A stretch of 41,409 nucleotides of DNA from Actinomycetota bacterium (GCA_046725875.1 JBKOZJ010000007.1:1-41409), one strand, 5' to 3'; counted from the first letter of the stretch, positions 1 to 9,844 are shown. Program-made: numbers and translations. The notes: generated by a model not told the origin, from the sequence alone.

Positions 1-62
1 ATACCGATCGGCCTTGCCGGGGGGGTAACTGGAGGTCGGTCGGTCATACCGGGCCGCGGCGC

Positions 63-230
63 GGTCGAACGATCAGGCAATGTGCCGAAGCCGTGAGTTT
101 TGTAGTGATAGGGATCGAGCAATGTGCCAGGACCGTGACGAGGACGGCCAATTCGTCAAGGTCTCAGCACATTGCCCGATCCCGATCGCTCGGAAACTCA
201 CGGTCCTCGCACACGGCCTGATCCTCGACC
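63..230. repeat. Long imperfect inverted repeat (arms 63-141 and 153-230) built from 2 forward and 2 reverse copies of a ~27-nt unit
   Basis: The left arm ggtcgaacgatcaggcaatgtgccgaagccgtgagtttt...gggatcgagcaatgtgccaggaccgtgacga aligns to the reverse complement of tcgtcaaggtctcagcacattgcccgatccc...aaactcacggtcctcgcacacggcctgatcctcgacc, with an 11-nt loop. Confidence 0.9.
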
Positions 231-394
231 AGCCTGGCCGCAGCGCCGGCACTCGCAGCGGGGATGCAGGGACGTTGGACTGCTCCGGAGTCGACCGCGC
301 ACCCGGCGCCAACGCGGCTGGCTGAGGAGGAGACGCTGCTTCCGAGACTTGCGCGTGCTCGGCTTGCAATGGGTCGGCAGGGTGCAGGCGACGC

Positions 395-551
395 GTGTCC
401 GAGCTCTTTTGCGCTGGCCGGGCCCGCGGGTACGCACCCCACGGAAACGCCTCGGCCCGATCCGCTGCCACGTGGCGCTGGTGCCTTCGGCGCCCCGCGG
501 CCTTGCAATGCATCCCGCGGTCCTCCGGCCCGGGTCAAAGACCTCGAACAC
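395..551 (-). repeat. Fold-back (MITE/ERIC-like) element, copy E1
   Basis: Imperfect terminal IR gtgtccgagctcttttg / caaagacctcgaacac. Internal stems 424-436/509-520 and 439-451/489-500. The core 468-506 (minus strand) matches 3417-3455. Confidence 0.75.
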
Positions 552-611
552 TCGCCACTCAGTGTCGGGGAACTCGGGGGCGGGAGGGTTGGCCGGCGCT
601 TTGCGCGAGGG

Positions 612-1829
612 TTAGCTGGCCATCTCCTTCTGGAGATTGCCGTCGATGGCGGCGAGGAACTCCTCGGTGGTCAGCCACGGGGTGCCGGGGCCGACCAGCA
701 GGGCGAGGTCCTTGGTCATCTGACCGGTCTCGACGGTCCGGACGCACACCCGCTCCAGGCTGCGCGCGAACCGTTCGACCTCGGGCGTGCCGTCCAGCTT
801 GCCGCGATGCTGCAGCGCCCGAGTCCACGCGAAGATGGACGCAATCGGGTTGGTCGAGGTCTTCTCCCCGCGCTGGTGCGCTCGGTAGTGCCGGGTGACC
901 GTCCCGTGGGCGGCCTCGGCCTCCACCGTTCGTCCGTCGGGGGTCATCAACACCGAGGTCATCAAGCCCAGCGAGCCGAAGCCCTGGGCAACGGTGTCCG
1001 ACTGCACGTCACCGTCGTAGTTCTTGCACGCCCAGACGAAACCGCCCTCCCACTTGAGCGCCGCCGCGACCATGTCATCGATGAGACGGTGCTCATAGGT
1101 GAGCCTGGCGGCCTCGAAGTCGGCCTTGAACTCGGACTCGAACACCTCGGCAAACAGGTCCTTGAAGCGCCCGTCGTACGCCTTCAGGATGGTGTTCTTG
1201 GTCGACAGGTAGACCGGATAGCCCCGGTCAAGCCCGTACCGGAACGACGCACGGGCGAAGTCGCGGATCGAGTCGTCGAAGTTGTACATCGCCATGGCAA
1301 CGCCGCCGCCGGTGAAGTCGGCGACATCGAACTCCATCGGCGAGCCACCTTCCGCCGGGGTGTACGTGATTGTGACCCGCCCAGGTCCAGGTACGACGAA
1401 GTCAGTAGCGCGGTACTGGTCGGCGTGCGCATGACGGCCGACCACGATCGGCTTGGTCCACGTCGTGATCAGCCGGGGCACGTTCGAGATGATGATCGGC
1501 TCGCGGAAGATGACGCCACCGAGGATGTTGCGGATCGTGCCGTTCGGCGACCTCCACATCTTCTTCAGCCCGAACTCCGCGACTCGCGCCTCGTCCGGGG
1601 TGATGGTCGCGCATTTGACCCCGACGCCGTGCTCCTTGATCGCGTTCGCGGCGTCGACCGTCACCTGATCCTCGGTCGCGTCCCGGTTCTGGATCGAGAG
1701 GTCGAAGTAGAGCAGGTTGATGTCTAGATACGGCAAGATCAGCTGGTCCTTGATGAATGCCCAGATGATCCGGGTCATCTCGTCGCCGTCGAGCTCGACG
1801 ACCGGGCGAGCTACCTTGATCGTGTTCAC
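612..1829 (-). CDS. icd: NADP-dependent isocitrate dehydrogenase (dimeric, eukaryote-like type)
   Basis: [61 protein letters not shown] and [11 protein letters not shown] motifs; GGAG upstream of the GTG start. Confidence 0.97.
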   Translation of the reverse strand: MNTIKVARPVVELDGDEMTRIIWAFIKDQLILPYLDINLLYFDLSIQNRDATEDQVTVDAANAIKEHGVGVKCATITPDEARVAEFGLKKMWRSPNGTIRNILGGVIFREPIIISNVPRLITTWTKPIVVGRHAHADQYRATDFVVPGPGRVTITYTPAEGGSPMEFDVADFTGGGVAMAMYNFDDSIRDFARASFRYGLDRGYPVYLSTKNTILKAYDGRFKDLFAEVFESEFKADFEAARLTYEHRLIDDMVAAALKWEGGFVWACKNYDGDVQSDTVAQGFGSLGLMTSVLMTPDGRTVEAEAAHGTVTRHYRAHQRGEKTSTNPIASIFAWTRALQHRGKLDGTPEVERFARSLERVCVRTVETGQMTKDLALLVGPGTPWLTTEEFLAAIDGNLQKEMAS

Positions 1830-1862
1830 GAGGACTTCTCCACGAGACTTAGGGGCGGCGTC

Positions 1863-2819
1863 CTAGAGGTTCTGCACGTCGGACTGCTTGGCACGGACCG
1901 CCTCGGCGGCTTCGTTGAGCGCGGCGAGCTCGCCCGCCGTGAGTTCGGTCGGCACGACTCGCCGTACTCCGGACGAGCCGATCTCGGCCTCTACCCCCAG
2001 GTAGACGCCGCTGATCCCGTACTCACCGTCCACCCATGCGCAGACGGGCAGAATCGCGCCGGAGTCCTCGGCCACCGCTCGCACCATCCGGGCCGCCGCC
2101 GCTGACGGCGCGTAATAGGCCGAGCCGCTCTTGAGCAGCGCGACGACTTCAGCACCGCCGTTGCGGGTCCGGGAGACGAGGCTTTCGATCTCGGTGGAGT
2201 CGAGGAGCTCGGTAAGCGGCCTCCCGTCGACGGTGCACCGCGACGGCACCGGAACCATCGTGTCGCCGTGCGAGCCAAGCGTCAGCGTCTGCACGCTGGC
2301 GATCGGCACGCCGAGCTTCTCCGCCACGAAGTGCGTGAACCTGGCGGTGTCGAGCATTCCGGCCTGGCCCATCACCTGGTTCTCGGGAAAGCCGGTGACA
2401 AGCTGGGTCAACGCGGTCATTTCGTCAAGCGGGTTCGACACGACGACCACCACCGCGTTCGGGGCGTACTTTGCAACGTTCTCCGCGACCTGCCGCACGA
2501 TCTTGGCGTTGACCTCCAGGAGATCCATCCGGCTCATGCCCGGCTTGCGGGGCAGTCCGGCCGTGATGACCACGGCGTCGGAACCGTCGATCACTTCGTA
2601 GCCTTCGCCGCTCAGCCCGGTCGTCTGGCCGACGACCTGCGTCTCGAAGCCCTCGACCGGCCGGGACTGGTTCATGTCGAGGGCGAGCCCCTCCGGCTTG
2701 CCCTCGATGATGTCGGTGAGCACCACGGCCTCGAAGATGTCGTACTCGGCCAGCCGCATCGCGGTCGTCGAGCCGTAGAAGCCGGCGCCGACCACGGCTA
2801 CCTTTCCCTTGCGCGCCAT
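1863..2819 (-). CDS. mdh: Malate dehydrogenase, LDH-like type
   Basis: GAGFYG Rossmann motif, TAGLPRKPGMSRMDLL, VSNPLD, LDTARF, GSHGDTMVP, SAYYAP. Start placed at ATG 2819 after GAGGAG. Confidence 0.95.
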   Translation of the reverse strand: MARKGKVAVVGAGFYGSTTAMRLAEYDIFEAVVLTDIIEGKPEGLALDMNQSRPVEGFETQVVGQTTGLSGEGYEVIDGSDAVVITAGLPRKPGMSRMDLLEVNAKIVRQVAENVAKYAPNAVVVVVSNPLDEMTALTQLVTGFPENQVMGQAGMLDTARFTHFVAEKLGVPIASVQTLTLGSHGDTMVPVPSRCTVDGRPLTELLDSTEIESLVSRTRNGGAEVVALLKSGSAYYAPSAAAARMVRAVAEDSGAILPVCAWVDGEYGISGVYLGVEAEIGSSGVRRVVPTELTAGELAALNEAAEAVRAKQSDVQNL

Positions 2820-2885
2820 GCGGTCGCTTCTCCTCGTACCAGATCCTTGGTAAGTCCGGACGCCGGCGGCACAGCCGCCAGAAAC

Positions 2886-2911
2886 AATTTCTCTCGGTAT
2901 CGAGAGAAATT
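2886..2911. promoter_or_regulatory. Perfect palindrome (11-bp arms), probable operator of mdh-icd
   Basis: AATTTCTCTCG-gtat-CGAGAGAAATT, lying just downstream of a TAGGCT -10-like hexamer (minus strand, 2920-2925). Confidence 0.6.
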
Positions 2912-2955
2912 CGGCTACGAGCCTAGACCACGCAACCGGTGTCGTGCGCGGGCCG

Positions 2956-3279
2956 TCAGGACGGCGGCGGGACAACGAGGGCAAATACCAGCAGGGATGA
3001 GCCGAGCCCAGCCAGCGTGAGGACGTCGAGGAGCCGGCTGCGGACCGCGAGCAGGCCCGCGTCCCGCGCCGGGAGGGCGAGCCGCAGGGCAGCGGCGAGG
3101 AGTACAGACAAGGCCAGGAGCACGGTCCCCCGGCGGAAATGGTTCAACGCCACGACGGACAACGAGGCGGCGACCGCTAGGAGAACGACGGTGATCGGCC
3201 ATTCCCGAGGGAGCCGGAACCGCCGCATAAGTGTCCGCTGCGCATGTCTGGCCCGCGGCCGCGTTGTCGGGCTCGCCAC
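2956..3279 (-). CDS. DUF3017-family small membrane protein
   Basis: HFRRG...ALRLALP..AGLLAVRSRLLDV signature; AAGGAGG upstream of the GTG; usual position near folD in actinomycetes. Confidence 0.85.
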   Translation of the reverse strand: MASPTTRPRARHAQRTLMRRFRLPREWPITVVLLAVAASLSVVALNHFRRGTVLLALSVLLAAALRLALPARDAGLLAVRSRLLDVLTLAGLGSSLLVFALVVPPPS

Positions 3280-3363
3280 TACCTACCTCCTTCGACCGGT
3301 CCAGGTACCGCTCCGGGATCCGGTCCGCAATCAGGCATCGACCCAACCTTCGCGGAGGGCCTA

Positions 3364-3523
3364 GGACGCTGCTGAACAACCGCGCCCGTCGCGAGCGGCG
3401 TCCAGGCGTCGATCCGGCAAGGCCGCAGGGAGGCCAAAGTAGCAGCGCTACATGGGCGACCGAGAACGCCGCCGGGCGGCGCCTGGTCGTCGCGCAGCCG
3501 GGTGGGGTTGTTCAGCAGCGTCC
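3364..3523 (+). mobile_element. Putative MITE / fold-back element, copy E2, with perfect 18-bp TIRs
   Basis: ggacgctgctgaacaacc (3364-3381) is the exact reverse complement of 3506-3523. CTAG lies at the left end, an internal stem pairs 3396-3411 with 3477-3492, and there is no coding capacity. Confidence 0.75.
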
Positions 3524-3532
3524 GCGGCCGGG

Positions 3533-4666
3533 TCAGCGCGCTTCGATCGGCGTCCACTTCTGGTCCCGTTCGCCGATGTACTCGCTATCCGGGCGGATCA
3601 ACCTGTTGTCCAGGTGTTGCTCGATCACGTGCGCGGTCCAGCCCGACATCCGGGAGATCGCGAAGACCGGGGTGAAGAGGTCGGTCGGGATGCCGAGGTA
3701 GTGGTAGACCGAGGCGGCGAAGAAGTCGACGTTCGGGTAGAGGTGCTTCGTGTCGAAGACCGCCTGCTCCATCCGCCGCGACATCTCATAGAAGGTGCGG
3801 TCACCGCGCATGTCCGCCAGCTCCTCGGACATGCGGCGGAGGTGCGTCGCCCGCGGATCCTCCGTCTTGTAGACCCGGTGCCCGAAGCCCATGATCTTCT
3901 TACCGCTGTCCAGCGTGTCCCGTACCCACGGCTCGACGCCGTCGACCCCGCCGGGGATCGCTCGCAGAGTGTTCATGACGGCCTCGTTGGCACCGCCGTG
4001 CAGCGGCCCGCGCAGGGCGCCCATCGCGGCGGTGATCGCCGAGTGCATGTCCGACATGGTCGCCGCGACGACCCGCGCGGTGAAGGTCGACGCATTCATG
4101 GTGTGGTCGGCGTGCAACACGAGGCACTCATCGAAGATTTCTGCGGCCCGCGGCTCGGGTCGGCCGCCGGTGATCTGGAGGAGGAGGTTGCCGGCGATGC
4201 CGAGTGAGGCATCGGGCTCCGGCATGCTGTCCGTAGCGTCCGTGCGGGCCGCCTGGTAGCGGGCCACGAGGATCGGCATCTGTGCGATGAGGCGTACCGC
4301 TTTGCGCTGGTTGGCATCTGGGGACGAGTCCGCCGCGTCCGGGTCGTCGGTCGATATCGACGACACGAGCGTGCGCAGCGCCTCCATCGGGGTGCCGGAC
4401 TTTACGACGTAGGGCAGGACCGCCTCTGTGGTCGGGCCGATCTGCCGCGCGGCGGCCAGTTCCGAGACGAGCGCGTCCAGTTCCGACCGGGTCGGCAGGC
4501 TGCCGCGCACCAGCAGGTTTACGACTTCCTCGAAGGAGGTACGCCCGGCGAGATCATGGATGTCGTAGCCGCGATAGGATAGGCGGCCGGCGGCGCCGTC
4601 GATATCGGAAATCGCGGTCGACGCCGCTACGACATCGGCGAGACCACGAGCTGGCTTGTCGGCCAT
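3533..4666 (-). CDS. Citrate synthase / 2-methylcitrate synthase, short CitZ/PrpC-like type
   Basis: [71 protein letters not shown]. Confidence 0.93.
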   Translation of the reverse strand: MADKPARGLADVVAASTAISDIDGAAGRLSYRGYDIHDLAGRTSFEEVVNLLVRGSLPTRSELDALVSELAAARQIGPTTEAVLPYVVKSGTPMEALRTLVSSISTDDPDAADSSPDANQRKAVRLIAQMPILVARYQAARTDATDSMPEPDASLGIAGNLLLQITGGRPEPRAAEIFDECLVLHADHTMNASTFTARVVAATMSDMHSAITAAMGALRGPLHGGANEAVMNTLRAIPGGVDGVEPWVRDTLDSGKKIMGFGHRVYKTEDPRATHLRRMSEELADMRGDRTFYEMSRRMEQAVFDTKHLYPNVDFFAASVYHYLGIPTDLFTPVFAISRMSGWTAHVIEQHLDNRLIRPDSEYIGERDQKWTPIEAR

Positions 4667-4691
4667 CGCTGTTCCTCCTGGGTTGCGGGAT

Positions 4692-5564
4692 CTAGCCTTG
4701 GTGCCCGACGCCTAGGTCGGCCAGCCGTTCCGCGGCTTCGACAACGTTAGTAAGCAGCATCGCGCGGGTCATCGGGCCGACGCCACCGGGGACGGGCGAG
4801 AGCCAGCCGGCCACCGACGCGACCCCGGGTGCCACATCGCCGACCAGCCCGGCCGGCGTGCGGGTGATGCCGACGTCCACGACCACGCCGCCGGGCCGCA
4901 CCATCTCGGGAGTGATCAGGCCCGGCGAGCCGGCGGCGACGATGAGGATGTCGCCCCGCCTGGTGTGCGCGGCGAGGTCCCTGGTACCGGTGTGGCACAA
5001 CGTCACCGTCGCATTCTCGGTGCGGCGGGTCAGCAGCAGGCCCAGTGTCCGGCCCACGGTGACGCCACGGCCAACCACGACCGCGTCGGCGCCGGCGATC
5101 TCAATCTCGTTCCTGCGCAGCAGCTCGACGATGCCGCGCGGCGTGCCGGGCAACGGCGCCGGCACGCCGAGGACCAGCCGCCCCAGATTCAGCGGATGCA
5201 GGCCGTCGGCATCCTTCGCCGGGTCGACAAGCTCGAGGATGCGCTGGGCGTCGAGATGGCCCGGAAGGGGGAGCTGTACGAGGAACCCGGTGCACGACGG
5301 ATCGCCGTTGAGCTCTCGTACCGCATCCTCGACCTCGGCCTGGGCGGCGGTCGCTGGAAAATCACGGCGGATGCTGGTGATCCCGACCTCGGCGCTGTCG
5401 CGATGCTTTCCGGCGACATAAGCCAGGCTGCCCGCGTCGTCGCCCACCAAGATTGTCCCGAGCCCGGGAGTCATGCCCCGCTGGACCAGCCGGTCGATCC
5501 GCTCCTTCAGCTCACCACGGATTGCCGCGGCAGCCGACCAGCCGTCGAGAGTTTGGGCACCCAC
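4692..5564 (-). CDS. folD: Bifunctional methylenetetrahydrofolate dehydrogenase/cyclohydrolase
   Basis: [40 protein letters not shown]. Start is GTG 5564 or 5582. Confidence 0.95.
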   Translation of the reverse strand: MGAQTLDGWSAAAAIRGELKERIDRLVQRGMTPGLGTILVGDDAGSLAYVAGKHRDSAEVGITSIRRDFPATAAQAEVEDAVRELNGDPSCTGFLVQLPLPGHLDAQRILELVDPAKDADGLHPLNLGRLVLGVPAPLPGTPRGIVELLRRNEIEIAGADAVVVGRGVTVGRTLGLLLTRRTENATVTLCHTGTRDLAAHTRRGDILIVAAGSPGLITPEMVRPGGVVVDVGITRTPAGLVGDVAPGVASVAGWLSPVPGGVGPMTRAMLLTNVVEAAERLADLGVGHQG

Positions 5565-5612
5565 AGATACCCAGTCTCCCACCCGTCGCCGGTCTGCGAT
5601 GGCCGGGCGAGC

Positions 5613-7184
5613 TCAGTGAGCGAAGTGGCGGGTGCCTGTGAAGTACATGGTCAGTCGGGCAGTCCGAGCAGCGTCGATCACCTCGGCGTCGCGGACCGAG
5701 CCGCCGGGCTGCACGACGGCTCGCACCCCGGCGTCGACGAGTGCCCGAAGGCCGTCCGCGAACGGGAAGAAGGCGTCCGACGCGGCGACCGCGTCCTTCG
5801 CCCGGTCGCCGGCCCGGTCGACGGCGAGGTGCACGGCATCCACCCGGTTCACCTGCCCCATGCCCACCCCTACCGTGGCGCTGGCCGCGGCGAGGACGAT
5901 CGCATTCGATTTCACTGTGCGTACCGCCCGCCAGGCGAACGCAAGGTCCTGCATGGTCGGCAGGTCTGCCGCGTCACCAGACACGAGGTTCCACCGCGCC
6001 GGCTCGTCACTTGGCACGTCGAGCCGGTCGACGTTTTGTACGAGGAGCCCGCCCGTGATCTGTCGCCACTCGACGGCGGCCGCATCACCACCCGGAGGCG
6101 ACGGGCAGCGCAGCAGCCTGAGGTTCCTCTTCACCTGCAGCACATCGAGCGCGGCCGGCTCGAAGTCGGGTGCACACACAACTTCCGTGAAGACATCGGC
6201 AATTTGCGCCGCGAGCGCCGCGGTCACCGGGCGGTTGGTGGCTATCACGCCGCCGAAGGCGGACACCGGGTCGCATGCGTGGGCCTTCCGGTGCGCCGCA
6301 GCAACGTCGGATGCGACGGCGATCCCACACGGATTGGCGTGCTTGACGATCGCGGCGCACGGCTCTGTGAAGTCATGGGCGGCACGTCGTGCCACATCCG
6401 TATCGACGTAGTTGTTGTAGGACATCGGCTTGCCGCGCAGCAGCTCGGCCCGGGCCAGTCCGTCCGTAGTTGCGTCGTCGAGATAGAGCGCGGCGGGCTG
6501 GTGCGGGTTCTCGCCGTAGCGAAGTGCACCGGACCGGGTGAAGGTGCGGCCAAGGAACCGCGGCCAGTGCCGGGCGTCCGCCTCCGGCGCGGTTGCCTGA
6601 TCGGCGAACCAGGTCGCGACGGCAACGTCGTAGGCGGCGGTATGCGCGAACGCCGCCGCGGCCAGCTCGCGGCGGGCAGCCGCATCGAAGCCACCGGACC
6701 GTGCTGCTGCAACGACGTCGGGATAGCGCTGCGGACTCACAACCACCACAACGCTGCCATAGTTCTTGGCCGCCGCGCGGATCATCGCCGGGCCGCCGAT
6801 GTCGATCTGCTCCACCGACTCGGCCGCAGTCGCGCCGGCGGCCACGGTCTCCCGGAACGGGTAGAGGTTGCAGACCAGGAGGTCGAATGCTGCGAGACCG
6901 AGCTCTTCGAGTTGCCGCACATGATCGGGATTAGCCGTGTCCACGAGCAGCCCGCCGTGCACGGCCGGGTGCAGCGTCTTGACCCGACCGCCCAGAAACT
7001 CCGGAAAGCCGGTCAGGTCCTCGACCCGGACAACCGGTACACCGGCTGCGGCGACGGCCGCCGCCGTCGAGCCGGTCGACACGATCTCGACGTGGGCTTG
7101 ATGCAGCTCCCGGGCAAGCGCTGTGAGGCCGCTCTTGTCGTACACGCTAACCAGGGCCCGGCGGATCGGCCGTACACCACTCAT
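5613..7184 (-). CDS. purH: AICAR formyltransferase / IMP cyclohydrolase
   Basis: [81 protein letters not shown]. Confidence 0.97.
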   Translation of the reverse strand: MSGVRPIRRALVSVYDKSGLTALARELHQAHVEIVSTGSTAAAVAAAGVPVVRVEDLTGFPEFLGGRVKTLHPAVHGGLLVDTANPDHVRQLEELGLAAFDLLVCNLYPFRETVAAGATAAESVEQIDIGGPAMIRAAAKNYGSVVVVVSPQRYPDVVAAARSGGFDAAARRELAAAAFAHTAAYDVAVATWFADQATAPEADARHWPRFLGRTFTRSGALRYGENPHQPAALYLDDATTDGLARAELLRGKPMSYNNYVDTDVARRAAHDFTEPCAAIVKHANPCGIAVASDVAAAHRKAHACDPVSAFGGVIATNRPVTAALAAQIADVFTEVVCAPDFEPAALDVLQVKRNLRLLRCPSPPGGDAAAVEWRQITGGLLVQNVDRLDVPSDEPARWNLVSGDAADLPTMQDLAFAWRAVRTVKSNAIVLAAASATVGVGMGQVNRVDAVHLAVDRAGDRAKDAVAASDAFFPFADGLRALVDAGVRAVVQPGGSVRDAEVIDAARTARLTMYFTGTRHFAH

Positions 7185-7804
7185 GGGATGGACACCCGCC
7201 TTCCGGAGACGGTCCAGCCTTCGGTGACCATCATGCGCACCGTCTCGACGAGTAGAACCCGCTCGACGGCCTTGATGCGTTCGTGCAGGGTCTCCTCGTC
7301 GTCGCCCGGGAGCACCTCGACCGGAACCTGCGCGACAATCGGCCCGGTATCGACGCCAGCGTCGATGAGTATCACGGATGCGCCAGTGACCTTCACGCCG
7401 TGCGCGAGCGCGTCACGAACCGCATGCGGGCCGGGAAAAGCCGGCAGCAGCGCCGGGTGGGTGTTCAGGGCACGACCGGCGAACTCGGCCAGGAACGCGG
7501 GCCCAGCTAGCCGCATGAACCCCGCCATCACGACGAGATCCGGGAAGTGTGCGGACACCTCGGCCGTCAGCGCCTTGTCCCAGGCCGGGCGGTCCGGGAA
7601 CTCCGACACACCCACGACAAATGTGGGGAGCTCTGCCTTCGCGGCCCGCTTCAATGCGAGAGCGTCCGCGCGGTCGGATCCCACCGCGACAACCCGGGCC
7701 GGGTAGGCCGGCCGGCCGGCCGCGTCGATCAAGGTCCCGAGGAGTGAGCCCGTGCCCGATGCGAGTACGACAACGCGCGCCGGGAGCTCGAGGATCCGGG
7801 TCAT
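7181..7804 (-). CDS. purN: Phosphoribosylglycinamide formyltransferase
   Basis: [46 protein letters not shown] overlap with purH. Confidence 0.95.
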   Translation of the reverse strand: MTRILELPARVVVLASGTGSLLGTLIDAAGRPAYPARVVAVGSDRADALALKRAAKAELPTFVVGVSEFPDRPAWDKALTAEVSAHFPDLVVMAGFMRLAGPAFLAEFAGRALNTHPALLPAFPGPHAVRDALAHGVKVTGASVILIDAGVDTGPIVAQVPVEVLPGDDEETLHERIKAVERVLLVETVRMMVTEGWTVSGRRVSIP

Positions 7805-7918
7805 CGGGGGTCCCACGTCTCGGCCCCCGCGCCCGTTCGGACACCGTGCTTCCGGGTAGGTTGCGCGCCGTACTGCCTCACGGTCCGCCACGATATCCGG
7901 GCAGGTCGGCAGGGATAT

Positions 7919-9205
7919 TCACCCGCGGTGCGCACGTCTGTCCCGAATAACCCACCGGACGGTGATGACTGAGGCCGCGACGAGAGCCACTTCGATGCCG
8001 GCCGCGGCCGCCGTGCGCCAGGGGGAAGGCCCGACCGTCGCCAGCCGGCCGCTGCCCAGCGGACCGCCGGCCAGAAGCGTGAGTACGAACACCGCGCAGC
8101 CAACCGTTCCCCCGGTGACGACAGCGGTAAAGGCACCGGAGCGCAGCGTGATAGCGGGATGGCGGCGAGCTATGACAGCGCCGGCCGCCGCACCGGCAAT
8201 CAACGGAATGAGCAGGACGAGCGCCGTCGCGCGGGGCGGGACGCCCGGATCCGGCAATGCGCCGAGGACCGGGATGGCCGGAATTGCGCCGAGATCAGTG
8301 ATCCAAGGCGTGACGGCAGTGTCGTTGCCAACGGCGAAACCGGTCCCTACCGCGTAGGAAAGCCCGAACACCACCGCGTTCGGCACGAGCGCGAGGCAGA
8401 GTACGAGCATCGAAACGAGGTCGCCGATCCCGTCGGTAAGGCCCTCGAACAGCGGCCCGCTCCGGCCTAGCTGCGTGAGCTGTGCATAGGCGAAGAGCAG
8501 CGCTCCCCCGGCCAGCAACGTGCCGAGCGCGGCCAGCCCGGCGCGGGCGGCGCTTCGGGCATACGCCATCGTGCTCGCGCCCGGCTCGCTTTCCCGGCTC
8601 CGCTGCAGGAGCCACGCGACGACGTCGCGCGGCCGCCGGCCCGAACCGGCAGCTGCACCGAGCGGCGCGATCACCGACGACAACACGAACGCGCCTGCCA
8701 CCGCCGGCCAGCCGCCGACCCGCGGACCGTCCAGCAGTCGAACGGTCAGCACGGCCAGCCCGGCGAACACGGTGTACATCACGGTCGCGGCGGCCGTGGC
8801 TGCGACCAGAGCGCGGCGGCGGGTAAGCGATGCGCCGTACACCGCTGAGCGCACGCCGCGGAAGACGAGCCAGCCGAGCACGAGCTGGAAGCCCATCGGC
8901 ACCAGGGCGATCCGTCCGGCTGCGCTACTGACGCCGGCGCCGTGTGCGTACAACCATCCCGCGAGGCCCGACCCGAACGTGGCCAGCGGATTCGTCGGAT
9001 CGCCCGCTACCGTCCGGACCGCCCACGCCGCTACCGTACCCAGCAGCGTTCCAGCACCCACTGACCACAATGCGGCGACCGCTCCCACCACCGTGGCCTT
9101 GGGCTGTTCGCCGGGCAGTAGGAGGTCCCGGAGCTTGGGGCGGGTGAGCTTGTCGGCCACCTTCTCATGGTCGGTCCTGCTCTCCCGGGTCACGGGTAGC
9201 GACAT
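7919..9205 (-). CDS. DUF6350 / PerM-like polytopic membrane protein
   Basis: About 10 hydrophobic segments; WLYAHG, PNAVVFGLSYAVGTGF, PAIPVLGALP, GGPLGSGRLATVGP; conserved position between sucD and purN. Confidence 0.8.
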   Translation of the reverse strand: MSLPVTRESRTDHEKVADKLTRPKLRDLLLPGEQPKATVVGAVAALWSVGAGTLLGTVAAWAVRTVAGDPTNPLATFGSGLAGWLYAHGAGVSSAAGRIALVPMGFQLVLGWLVFRGVRSAVYGASLTRRRALVAATAAATVMYTVFAGLAVLTVRLLDGPRVGGWPAVAGAFVLSSVIAPLGAAAGSGRRPRDVVAWLLQRSRESEPGASTMAYARSAARAGLAALGTLLAGGALLFAYAQLTQLGRSGPLFEGLTDGIGDLVSMLVLCLALVPNAVVFGLSYAVGTGFAVGNDTAVTPWITDLGAIPAIPVLGALPDPGVPPRATALVLLIPLIAGAAAGAVIARRHPAITLRSGAFTAVVTGGTVGCAVFVLTLLAGGPLGSGRLATVGPSPWRTAAAAGIEVALVAASVITVRWVIRDRRAHRG

Positions 9206-9268
9206 GGCGTCCGCGGCAACTTTGCAGCGGCAGAGTACGACGAACGTCCGTAACGTGAGGAGCGGGGG

Positions 9269-9844
9269 ATGAACTGGCGAGACCGACGGATCTTCATTGC
9301 CCTCGGGCTAGCCGCGGCTGCCGGGCTGGTGTTCGGCATGCTCCTCGGCGTTTTCGGCGGCGGAAACGGCGGCAGCCCGACCGGCGCGGTCGAGCGGACG
9401 CAGCCACCCAGCCGGCCGGCCGGGTCCGGACAACCAGAGCCGACCGAGGCCACCGCGCCGAGCCCGACCTCTACCGAGTATCCGGACAACGACTTCGGCT
9501 ATTTGACTGGCGTCAAGGACGAAGGCGGTCAGACGGTACTCGTATTCGACCGAGCCACCCTGCTTCGGGGCGAGGCGGCCCGGGAGGAAGCGGAACGGCG
9601 TGGCCAGGAGGCCAACAACGACTTCTTCATCACCAATGAGAGTCGGCGGCGACGTGATCGCGTCGTTTCGGCGGACGCCACCGCCACCGGGAGCCAGATC
9701 CTCACCGGCCAGCCACAATCCACTGCTGTCAGCCTGCAGCAGGTCTACGACTTCGTGCGCGCCCATCCCGGTCAGCTTGCCGTCTATCTTCACTACGACG
9801 AAGCGAACGAGGTCGTCAAGATCGACGAGGTCTACTTCCCGTAG
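9269..9844 (+). CDS. Hypothetical membrane-anchored extracytoplasmic protein
   Basis: N-terminal hydrophobic helix, Pro/Thr/Ser linker, globular C-terminal domain; GC-rich third codon positions; AGGAG upstream. Confidence 0.75.
   Translation: MNWRDRRIFIALGLAAAAGLVFGMLLGVFGGGNGGSPTGAVERTQPPSRPAGSGQPEPTEATAPSPTSTEYPDNDFGYLTGVKDEGGQTVLVFDRATLLRGEAAREEAERRGQEANNDFFITNESRRRRDRVVSADATATGSQILTGQPQSTAVSLQQVYDFVRAHPGQLAVYLHYDEANEVVKIDEVYFP

Noticed and set aside
1..47. Possible gene start on the minus strand (ATG at 47, MTDRPPVTPP...)
   Set aside because: Only 15 codons are visible, so it cannot be supported.
63..230. Repeats considered as a mini CRISPR array
   Set aside because: The units are degenerate, two are inverted, the spacers are only ~15 nt and mirror each other, and no cas genes are present.
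5135..5155. FolD PGTP in place of the usual PCTP
   Set aside because: A single substitution in an otherwise intact enzyme; not interpretable without an alignment.
7805..7918. ZTP (pfl) riboswitch upstream of purN-purH
   Set aside because: The characteristic GACTGGCG and GCCTGGGC segments are not present.
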